Source of the DNA: Antedon mediterranea
Taxonomy: Eukaryota; Animalia; Echinodermata
Direction of reading: 5' to 3'
NCBI RefSeq assembly: GCF_964355755.1
Contig: NC_092674.1
Span: forward strand, 31,806,001-31,870,000
Length of the DNA stretch: 64,000 nt
Shown here: piece after piece, positions 1-11,790 of the stretch
Position numbering within the stretch: the stretch's first letter is position 1
Layout of the letters: every line of letters starts with the position of its first letter
Notes under the pieces: model-generated
What the model was told of the DNA's origin: nothing
Databases searched by the model: none
The model's input: the letters and a program-made list of their open reading frames with translations, nothing else
Position numbers and translations under genes: made by a program

Positions 1-55
1 CCGCGTAATCGAGTGATTTGTGTATTTTTAAACAAAAAATGCATCAACTTTACAG

Positions 56-3000
56 GTGTTCCTGGTTACCCTGGTAACAATGGTGAACCCGGCTGCAAAG
101 GTGATCAGGGAATAAGAGGTAAAACTACTGATCATAGTCATCATCTTTATTATTATTATTATAATTACAACATTTGGACAAATTAGTAAAATAACTTTAT
201 TTATCGTTATCATTAACATTACCATATCAGAGTTGATTGTCTTGTTGTAAACAAGAGTGTGATTAAATAAATAAATTAAATAATAATAAAAAAATATCAA
301 TTATTATTGTGTACAAAAATCATTATAAATTGGTATGACTTATGTATCTTCTGTAACCATTTCCAACATTAATGACAATGCTGTCTGTTTATCCTTTTAG
401 GTGCCAAGGGAGATATGGGTTTACAAGGTAAGACATTAATTGAGAATGATAATATTATTTGACAGTATTATTATAATGTTTGTTTCACAATTGATACATT
501 CCATTCATAAATACTTTATATCAACATAATTTTGAAATCAAATTTTGCTAAATTATTTAATGCCTAGGTGAAATCGGATACACTGGCCAGTCTGGAGCAC
601 AAGGTGAGCTGTTTATATATTTTATTTAAAACAAACAAATTTGATCACATTAAGTTCAAACAAGTTAATTATTTAAAAGAACAGAACACGATTGTATTAT
701 TATATGTTTTAGGCCTACCGGGTGCTGTTGGATTACCAGGACCACGTGGACCAAAGGGTGCATCATGTAGGTATCTTACTTGATTAAATGTAATAACAAA
801 TGCAATATTATATATACCAAATTATCGAGAAATGTTTTTTATCAATCTATTTTTAATAAACGAACCAATTTCAACAGAAAAAAGAAATACAATTAAAAAT
901 GAAATATTTGTGGTATTTCACTCTTAAATAGCATCCCTAAAACAAGTTGAAACACTTGAGTCATGTGATGCCCTAAAGAAAGCCGGTGTTAAATTCAATG
1001 GTGTCTACATGATTGATCCCGACGGCCCTTCTTCTGGCTTGGATCCTTTTCAGGTAGTCTGTGATATGACGTCAGACCTATCTGTCGGTACGTATTTATG
1101 AAATTGATATTTTACTATGGCATGCATACCGATATATAGAATGACCTTTTAGAAACAACATACAATAACTCTTAGTTTTTAGCACCTTCAATGTTGGTAT
1201 CTTATTTATAAATCTGTATACTATTATTGAATTGTATTTACGTTCTTTTACATTACATTCAATAACCATTCATCTGACCATTTCTGAGCCAATTTAATTT
1301 TCGGTTTCCTCTCTATGATTTTTTATTATCTTGGCATCATGCAAACATATTACGTATTATCTTGTCTGGAAGTCTCCTACATATTTTTAGGGTACACAAC
1401 GATTCATCATGACAAAGAAGAAGAAGGTAACGTAAAAAATTATGAAGAGAAGGGATCTTTTCAAGTTATAGTTACCTATGCTCAAAACAGGCAGCAGATA
1501 GAAGCTATCAAAAACGTTTCAACTTCATGCAGACAATTTATTAAGGTGATTGACTAATTAAGTTCATGCAATAACATAATACATAGCTATACCTTTATAT
1601 AACCTTTATGTAGGTTTTTATGTTATACTGTAGCAATACTTTCCGAAGCACATTAAAGTAATAAAGTTACAAACTTGTCAATTTGTCAATTGATTTATTT
1701 TTTTTAAACATTTTCTTTCTTATAAAATTTTCTAGCATATAACTTTTGCTAAAATTATTAATATTTTATACTTTGTAATTCTCAACAGTACAACTGTATT
1801 GGATCTTTATTTACAAATGGTCATCAATATTGGAAGTCGGTAGATGGAGAAGATATGGTTAATTGGGGAGGAGTACCAACAGGAACCAAAGGCTGTGAAT
1901 GCTGGATGACAAGTACGTTGGACACAATATATTTTATAGATGGATTGAGTATTATTTTTAAAGAAACATTTACTCAAAAAGAACTTTTTTGAAGAACTAA
2001 AAAACATTTGCGTGTGTGACATGCGTGTTATGATAAGATTTTAAATATACTATTAAATAGTATATTTAAAATATTTTTAAAATGTATCCGAATCGAAACC
2101 GTTAAAGATATATAATTGTCGCCCCTAAACATTGTTGTTGTCGTTGAATATACCATTTTAATGTAACATAGTTAGTTTGACCATAAATTTAATATAAACA
2201 GTTATTTACCTGAAAAAACTGTAATTTAAAGCAAAAATTATTAAAAATGGCTGCCAGCCAATGGGTTTTTGGTTGAATGTAACCGTTTATTTTGTCATTT
2301 TGTAACACACATTTTTTTTTCTTGGTTTTTAGTCGCGTGGAAGCGACTCTATAGTTCACTATGTCGGTCGGTCGGTCTGTCTGTCTGTCTGTCTGTCGGT
2401 CTGTCTGTCGGTCTGTCTGTCTGTCTGTCTGTCGGTCCGGTATCACTATGCGTTTTATCGCTTTCTGACCTTATCTTGATATCAGTTTAATCTAGCTAGG
2501 TAAATTTTTCACAGTATATTTCTTATGGCCAGGAATCAATGTGGTTATGTTTTCACGGTGCGCAATAAAAAATTACGCGGTCTACGCACGATTTAACGAA
2601 ATCACGTTTGTAATCATATCTTCACAACCATGAATCACAATTAAATAAAATTTGGTACTCATAAATTTCAGGGCATAAATCATCATATGGCAATACAATT
2701 ACGTGCGTAGCGCATGTAACGCATGCGTACGCGCGCTTAACATTTTCAAAATTTATTTTCGATGAAATAAGAGTACATTTCAGGCAATTCTAAGCGTTTA
2801 CAAAATTGCCATGAGTGCGCATATTTTTGCGAGCGCACTGCGCGTTAAATGTTGTTGCGCACTCTTTTTGCCCGATTTCTGTTTTCTTGACTTACTTTTC
2901 AACTCGAAATTATGTTATACGAGCACGTCGAAAGTGACAGGCTACGCACGTGTAAATTTAAAAAAAATAAATGTTTTTAAAAATTTCAACATTTTTAAAC

Positions 3001-3528
3001 ATGTTCAGTAATTTCGGTCAGTATAGTTCACTATGTCGGTCGGTCGGTCTCTCTTGTCTGTCTGTCTGTCGGTCTGTCTGTCGGTCTGTCTGTCGGTCTG
3101 TCGGTCTGTCTGTCGGTCTGTCTGTCGGTCTGTCGGTCTGTCTGTCGGTCCGGTATCACTATGCATTGTAGCACGCGACTTAATGGCTGTTGGCCTTGTT
3201 TTTCTACAGAAGTGATTGACTTTGCTAAAACTACAAAATGGCTAATTCAAAGTCTCATTATTAATCTTCATTTTTCATGTTTGGGGGACAATAAATCTTT
3301 AAAGATACACAGAATAGTGTGCAAATGTATTATTTAATTATCATTTCAGGATCTTGTGATGATGTTACTAAACGTTGCAACTGTGACGTCAATGATGAAC
3401 TACCCCGTATGGACCAGGGCTATCTTACCGATAAAGCCACATTGCCAGTGTCAGAACTTCGTTTTGGTGACACGGGACATCAAAACGAAAGAGGTATCTA
3501 CACCTTGGGACCATTCCAATGTGCTTAA
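56..3528 (+). CDS. 5'-partial gene: short collagen (Gly-X-Y) repeats followed by a Caspr/neurexin-IV-type fibrinogen-like C-terminal domain
   Basis: GT-AG exons 56-118 (GVPGYPGNNGEPGCKGDQGIR), 401-427, 568-603, 713-766 (phase-1 Gly-X-Y exons of 63/27/36/54 bp), then 932-1087 (SCDALKKAGVKFNGVYMIDPDG..PFQVVCDMT), 1391-1545, 1789-1912 (YWKSVDG..NWGG..GCEC), 3350-3528 (CNCDVND..DQGYLTDKATLPVSELRFGDTG..YTLGPFQCA-stop); AATAAA overlaps the stop codon. Motifs match the fibrinogen-like module of contactin-associated proteins as I recall it. Confidence 0.85.
2106..3298. mobile_element. Kolobok-like non-autonomous TIR element (TTAA TSD) carrying a nested Helentron-type element
   Basis: TTAA at 2102-2105 and 3299-3302; termini AGATATATAATTGTCGCCCC..GGGGGACAATAAATCT; same terminal family as 35573-35879, 27954-28456, 42276-42828. 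Confidence 0.6.
2329..3199 (+). mobile_element. Helentron-associated (HINE/DINE-1-like) non-autonomous element with GTCT/GTCG microsatellites
   Basis: Begins in a T-run with subterminal repeat AGTCGCGT (2331), inverted copy ACGCGACT (3173-3180), short 3' hairpin GGCTGTTGGCC followed by a T-run; two internal (GTCT/GTCG)n blocks (about 2363-2440 and 3035-3153). Confidence 0.7.
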
Positions 3529-3943
3529 TAAAGCAAGACATTTTATAATTATTCGATGCTGATAATAACTACCGTACTATGCAAATTGTATCCTAATAAA
3601 TGTACATTGTTGTTTTTATGGTAAAACAGTTACGATAATAGGCTACGATATTGAGTACGCTAACCTGTGGCATGCTTACTTCAGTGTTACCATGATAATT
3701 TAAGTATGCAAATCTACAGGACATGGCCTATTCGCAATGTATGTAATGTATAAGCACCGCAACATGCGTGCTTAAACGAACGCATTTTGTAATAGCATGC
3801 GCACAATACTTTTTAGAAATAGAAATTTTTTACATTAACTTTGCTCAAATCAACATATACACGGTCGCCTGAATAACTAAATGAACAAGCATCGTAATCA
3901 AATAGGCCTAAGTCTCATATTCAGAAAATATACGCGCCGGGCC

Positions 3944-5084
3944 GCGATTTTTTTTTTCGTACATAAGTTGGAGACCCCTCATGAAACGTCACAAAAATAC
4001 ACATGAATAATTCATCAGTTAAATTTGTTGTTCCGTGTGCACCCAAGCGTATAGCAACAAGAAGTGATTACACAAACAACTGCGATACGATTCTTTCTAC
4101 AGTAGGCCTAGGATTCTAAGTCAATTCACGTGATTGCCTTCGCGCACTATTCTTCACACAAAATGTGTCGAGTCGAGGCTAATCGACAGCTAGGCAAGAC
4201 ATTAAACTAAGTAGTAATTCATTGGACATAGCCCAAAGAAAACTTAGACCCACAAGAATAAAGAATGTGTATAATTTGTGTACTGTATTTTTTTAATTCT
4301 GCTATTTTATTATCAACAATATGCATGTACTCAAAGGAACTTTAAAAATGCGCGTATATGAACACATGAGATGGGAAGATTAGACCCACGAGAATAAAAA
4401 ATGTATTTTTGTGTAATGTTTAATGTTTAATTTTGCTGACTTATTACTCGGATTGTGTCATACCTAACACACACACGTCACACACACACACACACCCACA
4501 CAGCTACTAGACATGGGTTTAGAGACTAATAATTAGGCCTATAGTATTAATAGAAACTATAATTTTAACACGTAATTCTTTAGTAATAAATTATATTAAA
4601 AACACCATAAACTAAAGGCTGATTTTCGACAATCCACACAAAACGCCGCTATTCTTCTATGAAATCGCACGCCGCAACAACAGCGGAGATAGGCCTAGAA
4701 TCTTAAGCCTGGTTAAAATCGCTACATGACAGAGCGTAGCGATTCTATGGAAACGCTAGAGTTTATCGGGGATCTAGTACGCGTATACGATTCATCGCCG
4801 ACAAAATCGGCAAAGTTGAACATGGTTGAACTTTGCCGATTTGACTGCGATGAATCGGCGAGCCTTCCCGATTGTGTCGGCGACATCTGCGCGTGTAGCG
4901 ATTTTAATGGAAACGCTGTAGCGATTTTAATGGAAATCAGGCTTTACCGCACTTGTGTAATCACTTCTTGTTGCTATACGCTTGGGTGCACACGGAACAA
5001 GAAAATTTAACTGATGAATTATTCATGTTTATTTTGTGACGTTTCATGAGGGGGTCCCCAACTTATGTACGAAAAAAAAATCGC
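3944..5084. mobile_element. MULE-like non-autonomous TIR element, copy 1 (about 1.14 kb)
   Basis: About 130-bp TIRs starting GCGATTTTT / ending AAAAATCGC; perfect 9-bp TSD CGCCGGGCC (3935-3943, 5085-5093); near-identical inverted copy at 48849-49988. Confidence 0.9.
4706..4943. mobile_element. PIF/Harbinger-like MITE nested inside the MULE-like element
   Basis: TTA direct repeats at 4703-4705 and 4944-4946; termini AGCCTG..CAGGCT with inverted TTAAAATCGCTAC/GTAGCGATTTTAA subterminal motifs; also present in copy 2. Confidence 0.65.
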
Positions 5085-5141
5085 CGCCGGGCCGATCAAG
5101 TCTATTAGCGGTTTATATTTATAGCTCAAGCAGACCTATAC

Positions 5142-8100
5142 CTAACCATAATAGGCATAACAAAATATCCCAACCCCGATTAATATTACAACGTTAATGT
5201 TCATAATGCGGATCATTTTAGGGGTTTCATAAAGAGAAATCTGCTGATCATTCTTCTCATGGGTTTCTTCGTATGATTCCTCACTTTTTAGACTTTTAGA
5301 TGACACTCCACATATAAACAAGAACAACCAAGACCAAATATTACCTAAGTAAAGAAAAAAACCATCAATCGAATTTTCTGAAAACATAGCCGGCCTCCAA
5401 ACTCATACCTAAATGTCAATATTACAATATGCCTAATTCTTTTTTTTTAATTTTTTAATTATTGCTAAATGTCATACTAGAATCATCTGCAGTTGAATTG
5501 TCCTCTTCCTCTGTGTTTTTCCTAACTTTCTTCTCTAACATGTCACTATCTTCCTTCTGTATATCTTCTTTCTTGTTTTCTTTTACCTGGTCATGTTTGA
5601 GCATTTTATTTACAGGATCTACAGTGTCTCTATGTCTCGTCCACCATGTCATCCCAATTAACTGTTAATGAATTATGTAATAGTTTATTTTTACATTATG
5701 TGTTATACAGTATTAATTATTTATAAGGATCGACGAGAATGCAGGGGCTCTTTTGATTTCAATTTTCAACTAATTTATTTTTTACAATTTGTCGGATAGC
5801 GATGTGTAATACAATTCGTTTAACTTACTTGTTCTTGTGGCATAGGTTCAGTTAACAGGCTAACAACTACAGTAAATAGTATAGTTGATCCAAATAAAAA
5901 ACAAGCGAAATGAAGATAATGAAAATTTTTAATAAGATTTGGTCGAGTATCTGTTTCTGCACAAGCTGGTGGAGGATAAGTAAAATCCAGTACCAATCGA
6001 ACAAACCCAATCAGTAAGCCAGACATAAGCCCCCAGAATGCACCCTGTTTATAAAAACAACATTTATCAACAAATTATGATTGAATAATGTAAACACGAC
6101 GTGGTTGTATTGCATAGTGAATAGTTTGGACATTTCTGATGTTATTTTGACAGTATTATTTGTATCTGAAAACTAAATTACACTATAGTTGAAAAAATAT
6201 GTTATTATATTATGTATCATTATCTATAATGCAGTGTGTACATCGACTGGTTTACGCGTAGAGTTACTGTATTAACATAGTTAATACATCATCACTTATT
6301 CATACCTTTTCGTTCGTTCTTGTCCAAAACACTGCTAGTAGAAAAGTGGCAAAAAATGGTGGAGCAAAAAATGAAGCCATAGATTGGACGTAGACAAACA
6401 GCTCACCAGATCCATACGCTGTGATCAAAGGTAACCAAAGAACACTTACGATGACAAGGGCAACAGTGCTTACTCTAAATTAGTAGCAAAGATTTGAAAG
6501 AAATTAATTTCGTGTCATGTTTGTCAGTCTGTCGATTTCGTACGTATTTATCATTTTCATACTTCAACACGGTTGGTCATCGACATTGCCGTGGTATTTT
6601 TACATTTTTGATATATTTATTATAATAAAAGGAAACCCACCTTCCTACAACCATTAATTCAGCTTCCGATGCATTTTTTCTGATTCGAAGCCATATATCG
6701 ATTGTAAAAATCGTACTTGCACTATTAAATATAGAAGTCAGGGAACTCATAAGAGCTGCTAGCATGGCTGCCATCATTAGTCCCCTTAAACCTTATCCAG
6801 AGAAATGAATAGCATAATTCAATACCTTAATAATGTCAAAGTTTAAATGAGTCTCTGTTGTATATACACACGGGTTATAAAGCCTTACCTGTTGGCATTA
6901 ACTCTAGTACAAGTTTAGGATACGCAATGTTGGTGCAGCCCGCAGGTATACCGCATACAGCTTCGCATATTTCAGGGTCGGCACATGCCACTTCGTCTAC
7001 AAGAGTAATTAGAGGTAGCTAATTTTAACAGACAAATAGTCAGAAGTACCAAACTACTTACACTGAAATGTTAGACTATTCATCGGTTAAATCCACGCAG
7101 GTTCATCGGCGAGTGGATTTGGTAAAATGCATAATGTGCTGTAAAAAACAAATTGGCACGACGCGCAAGTAATCTTATTAATTTGTTTTTTAGTTTAGTT
7201 CAATTTTTATTAAACCAAATCACAAAAGTCTTCTGTAACAAATAAAACAAAGTTGAATAAATCGTTTTATTTTGTATTATTATTCTCAGTATTATTTAAT
7301 TTGTTGTAACACAGTACGAATTACTGACCTGGGTAAAGTGCTCTGCTGATCATACCGGGAAAAATCATTAAAAACATTGGAAGGATCTTGAAATAAGCAG
7401 CCATTATGGCACCAGCTTTTGCGTTTGTCAGATTCTTGGCAGATAATGTCCTCTGAACTATAACCTATGGCAAATAAATATAAAAACTGATTTAAGCTAC
7501 ATTAACATGACGCCGTATTCTTAAATAATGTAAGTCTTACAGAATTGAACCGTCAACCATGAAACGTGTAGCTTTATTATTTTATTTTCAGTAGGCAGTA
7601 TGTTGTTAGAGATAAAGAATTTAAAATATATCAAAAACCCTTAGGGCCTGCGTTTATATTTTAAACAAATTACCTGATTTGTGCAAAAAAACCAACCGGA
7701 TAATATATGAATACCAAATACCACACCAGGCCATGGTAAGGCAGGATCCTGAGCACTTCTGAATATATGAAACGATTCTTCTCCAGGTACACCACAAGTT
7801 GTATTACCCCATAATTGCGTTGTGTTCGGTACTGCTAGCATATATTTCAGATGAAGATTTTCCATTCCGTCAATTTCAATAAAAGCTATAGATAAATAAT
7901 TATTATGTCTATATTGTACTTTTACATTATCTATAGCGAAACATGTGTGTGTACTATACTTATATTTATTTGTTTTATAGAAATACCAATTAGGCCCGTT
8001 ATCAACAGCACATTCTTATTATAGGCTAGTAAAAACATTATTTATGTAATCATTTACCTATAATCATTAGAATAAATGCACCAAAAAGCATGACTACAGT

Positions 8101-10002
8101 CTGCAGCGCATCAGTGTATATAACAGCTTTTAATCCTCCGACGACCGTGTAGATAGCTGTTAAAAATAGCAGAAGACAAACGGACAAATAAAGTGGCCAT
8201 CCAAGCACTTGTTGTATTATTATTGCACCTGCATACATCTCACTCTGAAAGATCAATATAAATAGTAAGTACCAGTTTTTAATGGTTACATATTAGTTTT
8301 TGCATTTTAAAAATGTTGATTTATTTAGACAATTTTAACCTAATAAGAGATGTGAGCACTGCCATTCTTGTGTTTAGTGAGATATTTATTAAAGAATGCA
8401 TGACGACACGGCACAGCTTGCTAAGGCCCATGTGAATGGTATTAGTGGTATAAAGTTGAATTGATATTAAGATAAATATTTACCGATATAGATCCTATGA
8501 CGATCAAAATTAGTGATACCACGGCAATGTACATGCGCACACGGTTTCCGCCGTATCGTTTCTTCAAATATTCAGGCATAGTGTAAGCCTATATGGAATA
8601 AAGCCGTATGAACCATATGTAGTTTCAAACAATGAAACACACTATCATGATACATTGAGTGACACGTTATAATGGAATAATTAGGCGTATGTATGATTGG
8701 GATTAGAAACTTTAACGATGACTTCAAGAAGTAAATTAGATCTATAACGAATGACTACAATAAACAATACAAATAATTAATATTGAAATATTAAGAGATT
8801 TTTTAATCGCTAGTAATGACATTTTTTATTTTAAATATTTATGAACCATAATTTTAAGATTGTATTTTATTAATCATTGTTGTCCTATTTTATTTTGATA
8901 TTGTTATACTACATTTTTATACTATATTTTTATATCTGATTTTGTGAAGTGAACAATGCAATTTCAGGTTTTTTTAAACAATTTATCTGTATCTGTATCA
9001 AACATTGTAATTTACGTTAAACCAATCTAAAACGTGCTTTGTATTTTTGGGTCAAAAGTTGTTACTGAGTCAGCAACAACATCATCGACATTATATATTT
9101 ACCCCGGAAGACAAGTAAACTGGTGTGAACACAAATCCAAGTAGAGCTAAACACATAACACCCTGAAACAAAAGTAACCAAGCATTATTTAGTCTATATA
9201 ATGAAAATTGTTGTCTAATAGAATATATGAGTTAAGTGTGCAAAAGAAAGAAAGCATGACTTACTGAAAATTCGTAAGAAACAACAGCATAACCATTTGC
9301 CGCCGCTGTGCTTGCTAAACCGATAAACGACCCACTACCGATGTTACTTACATATATAGACATACCAACCTAATAGAAAACAACATATGAACATTTTTCT
9401 TCCTTATCAATACTTTTACAGAGTACAGTAAAACTTTAATGCGTGGTTACAAATTTGACCACATTGTCTTTAGAGTTTTACAAGGTGCATAAATTAAAAA
9501 TGTATAGCTGCTAAACAACTTACCAGCCACCAACTCATGTCTCTTCCTGCTAGAAAATATCCAGATGCGCTTCCCTTGTTTGATCCCCATGTTGACTATG
9601 GAAAAAACACTATACTTTTGGTTATAATTCTTATCCTTTCCTGTTGGTTTAGGTTTTATTATTAACATTATAAGCTGTAATTAAAGCTATAATTATTTTT
9701 TTTAAACATGCATATTTATCCACAATCAGGAAAAAAAATTGATTACATTGAGATTTTATCTTAGATACGAAAAATCGAAAAAAAAAACCAAGTTTTTGTA
9801 TATATAATATAATATAATAAATAAATGTATTTACTAATTCCCTAGCTCTTCCAAAATCCAGCTGGAATATACCCTCTTTTCATGCAAAACATACACAAAC
9901 TGTACAGTAGGACTGCAATTCACTTACCCAAATACCAATTCCAAACACAACGCAGAAATGAAGAACAATTATAACAATATCAATCGGATTAAGGTAACCC
10001 AT
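5142..10002 (-). CDS. SLC5 family sodium/glucose-type cotransporter (SGLT-like), about 660 aa, 14 exons
   Basis: Exons in transcription order: 10002-9928, 9595-9524 ([12 protein letters not shown]), 9369-9265 (SNIGSG), 9162-9103, 8588-8484 ([12 protein letters not shown]), 8244-8058 ([13 protein letters not shown]), 7885-7674 (LPWPG..CTNQ), 7464-7329 ([11 protein letters not shown]), 6996-6889, 6791-6641 ([24 protein letters not shown]), 6474-6306, 6044-5829, 5661-5478, 5344-5142; GT-AG and frame-consistent (1983 nt). The last junction is the least certain; the paralogue cannot be assigned by eye. Confidence 0.93.
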
Positions 10003-11079
10003 TTTCAAAATTAAAGATAGAAATAAAAATTAGTAGAAACAAGATCTGTTTTCTAGTATGCCTTTATTGGGCACAGTAGGTGTTCTCTGCAGATCCAACA
10101 AGTTGTTGACACAGACACTTTGCTATCAGAATAATCAAGATAACTTTGGGCTGAATCTCGACTTTTGCCCCCAATTACCATTTAATATTCATAATGTAGA
10201 CAAAACATGTTCTATTAACATCCTACAAGTTAGAGAGTTGCTTTTGTTAACTTATTATCCTCCAGATCATATGTTTCATAAATTAGGCCTACGGATCTTG
10301 TGATTTATTATTGGTTCAATCAATATATCAGTATACATTCCTCATCTTCTTGTCAGGTTGTCATTATGTCAATTCACGGTTATAAGTAGCAATGGGCATA
10401 TCGTGAGAGATAACCGGCGTTTGTCAGTCAAAATTGTGAGCTGATCTTGCTTCTCAGGTCAAAGGAGAAACACACCCAACGTGTACGGCCAAGGGTCAAA
10501 TCAAGATAGTTCTTTAATGTTTTAAAATTACCTTGTTGAGGTACAAGCTTATTGGATGTTTTCGAACACAGTGCACTCATAATTGTCGTTTTTTATTTTG
10601 ACTAATGTGTAAGGTCTTTGTAAATAACGTTTTGATAATGTTTTATAGTCAATAATAGGTTAATAGATACATAATAAGAATGTTTCGAAACTGGCCACTG
10701 TTTTCTTTGGCAACATATCTTTTCATCTGCTCGTCTTTGGAATGATTTGCTACTAAAGAGGCAACATCAATCGATATTTTCTTATTTTGATAGGATAGGA
10801 TAGACAGATTCCTTTTCACGCGAAAGCATTCTGTCATTCCGGCAAGCTTTCATATGGGAGCTTCAAAGTAATGGAGCGGTGTGTAAATGATTCCTCTGCT
10901 TCATCACCTTTTTTTTGTGGGTTATCTTAGGATTCTTTATGGATTAATATTAGGGTGGATGAAAATCACTTATTTTTATTTCTTTTTAAAAGTAAGACAT
11001 AAGTCAATTTTAATATCACTTTGTAAAGTTATAAAGTTATTTGTTATTATAAAGTTGAACATTTTATTTCTGAACTGGC

Positions 11080-11790
11080 TTATTGTAATTGGCGTGAAGT
11101 GTATGATACCAATGATACAACATACAGCCTATAATCATTTTAATGATATATTTCTGAATGTTTGTGATAAACATGCCCCAATTACAACGCAAAATCCAAA
11201 GAAACAGCATGTGGATAAACCTTGGCTTTCCAAAGCAATCAAGACAAGCATAAACAAAAAAGAACAAATGTACTCAAAGTGTATAAAAAGAAATGTTAAT
11301 CCAGAGATATTTTCACGCTATAAGAAGTACAGAAATATATTAACAAGTGTAATCAGAAAGGCTAAAAAAATATATTACGGTAAAAATATGGAACTATATA
11401 AACATGCTAATTAAAGGATCTAACTCTAATGATCACGGAAATCCTCTCGATACACTCAGAGGAGTCTATGACATGGGTGAACAATAAGTAACGGTCCAGA
11501 AAATTGTGCTTCAACTTTCAATAATTATTTTGTTAATATAGGGCCAAATTTAGCCAGCAAAATTAATGAAAACTCGTCACCACCTTCTGATTATTTACAA
11601 AATCCCATAACGCCTTCTTTTTTCTTGAAACCAATTACACATTATGAAATTGAAAATCTAATTAAAAATATAGATACAGGTATAAAGAAGTCATCTGGTT
11701 ATGATTACATGTCTGGTCGTCTAGTCAAAGACTCTGCTTCCCATATTAGTAGACCACTTGAGCATGTATTTAATTTATCATTTATTAAGT
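11080..11790 (+). mobile_element. Decayed L2/CR1-group LINE fragment A (pre-RT region)
   Basis: ORF pieces CDKHAP..KPWLSKAIKTSINKK..YKKYRNILTSVIRKAKK and KPITHYEIENLIKN..SSGYD..ISRPLEHVFNLS with stops/frameshifts; boundaries approximate. Confidence 0.8.

Noticed and set aside
2189-3215. ORFs with QTDR / SVCL repeats
   Set aside because: Translations of GTCT/GTCG microsatellites in a Helentron-type element.
4726-5010. 94-aa ORF present identically at 48924-49208
   Set aside because: Spans a nested MITE and the TIR of a non-autonomous element; identity reflects recent transposition, no recognisable domain.
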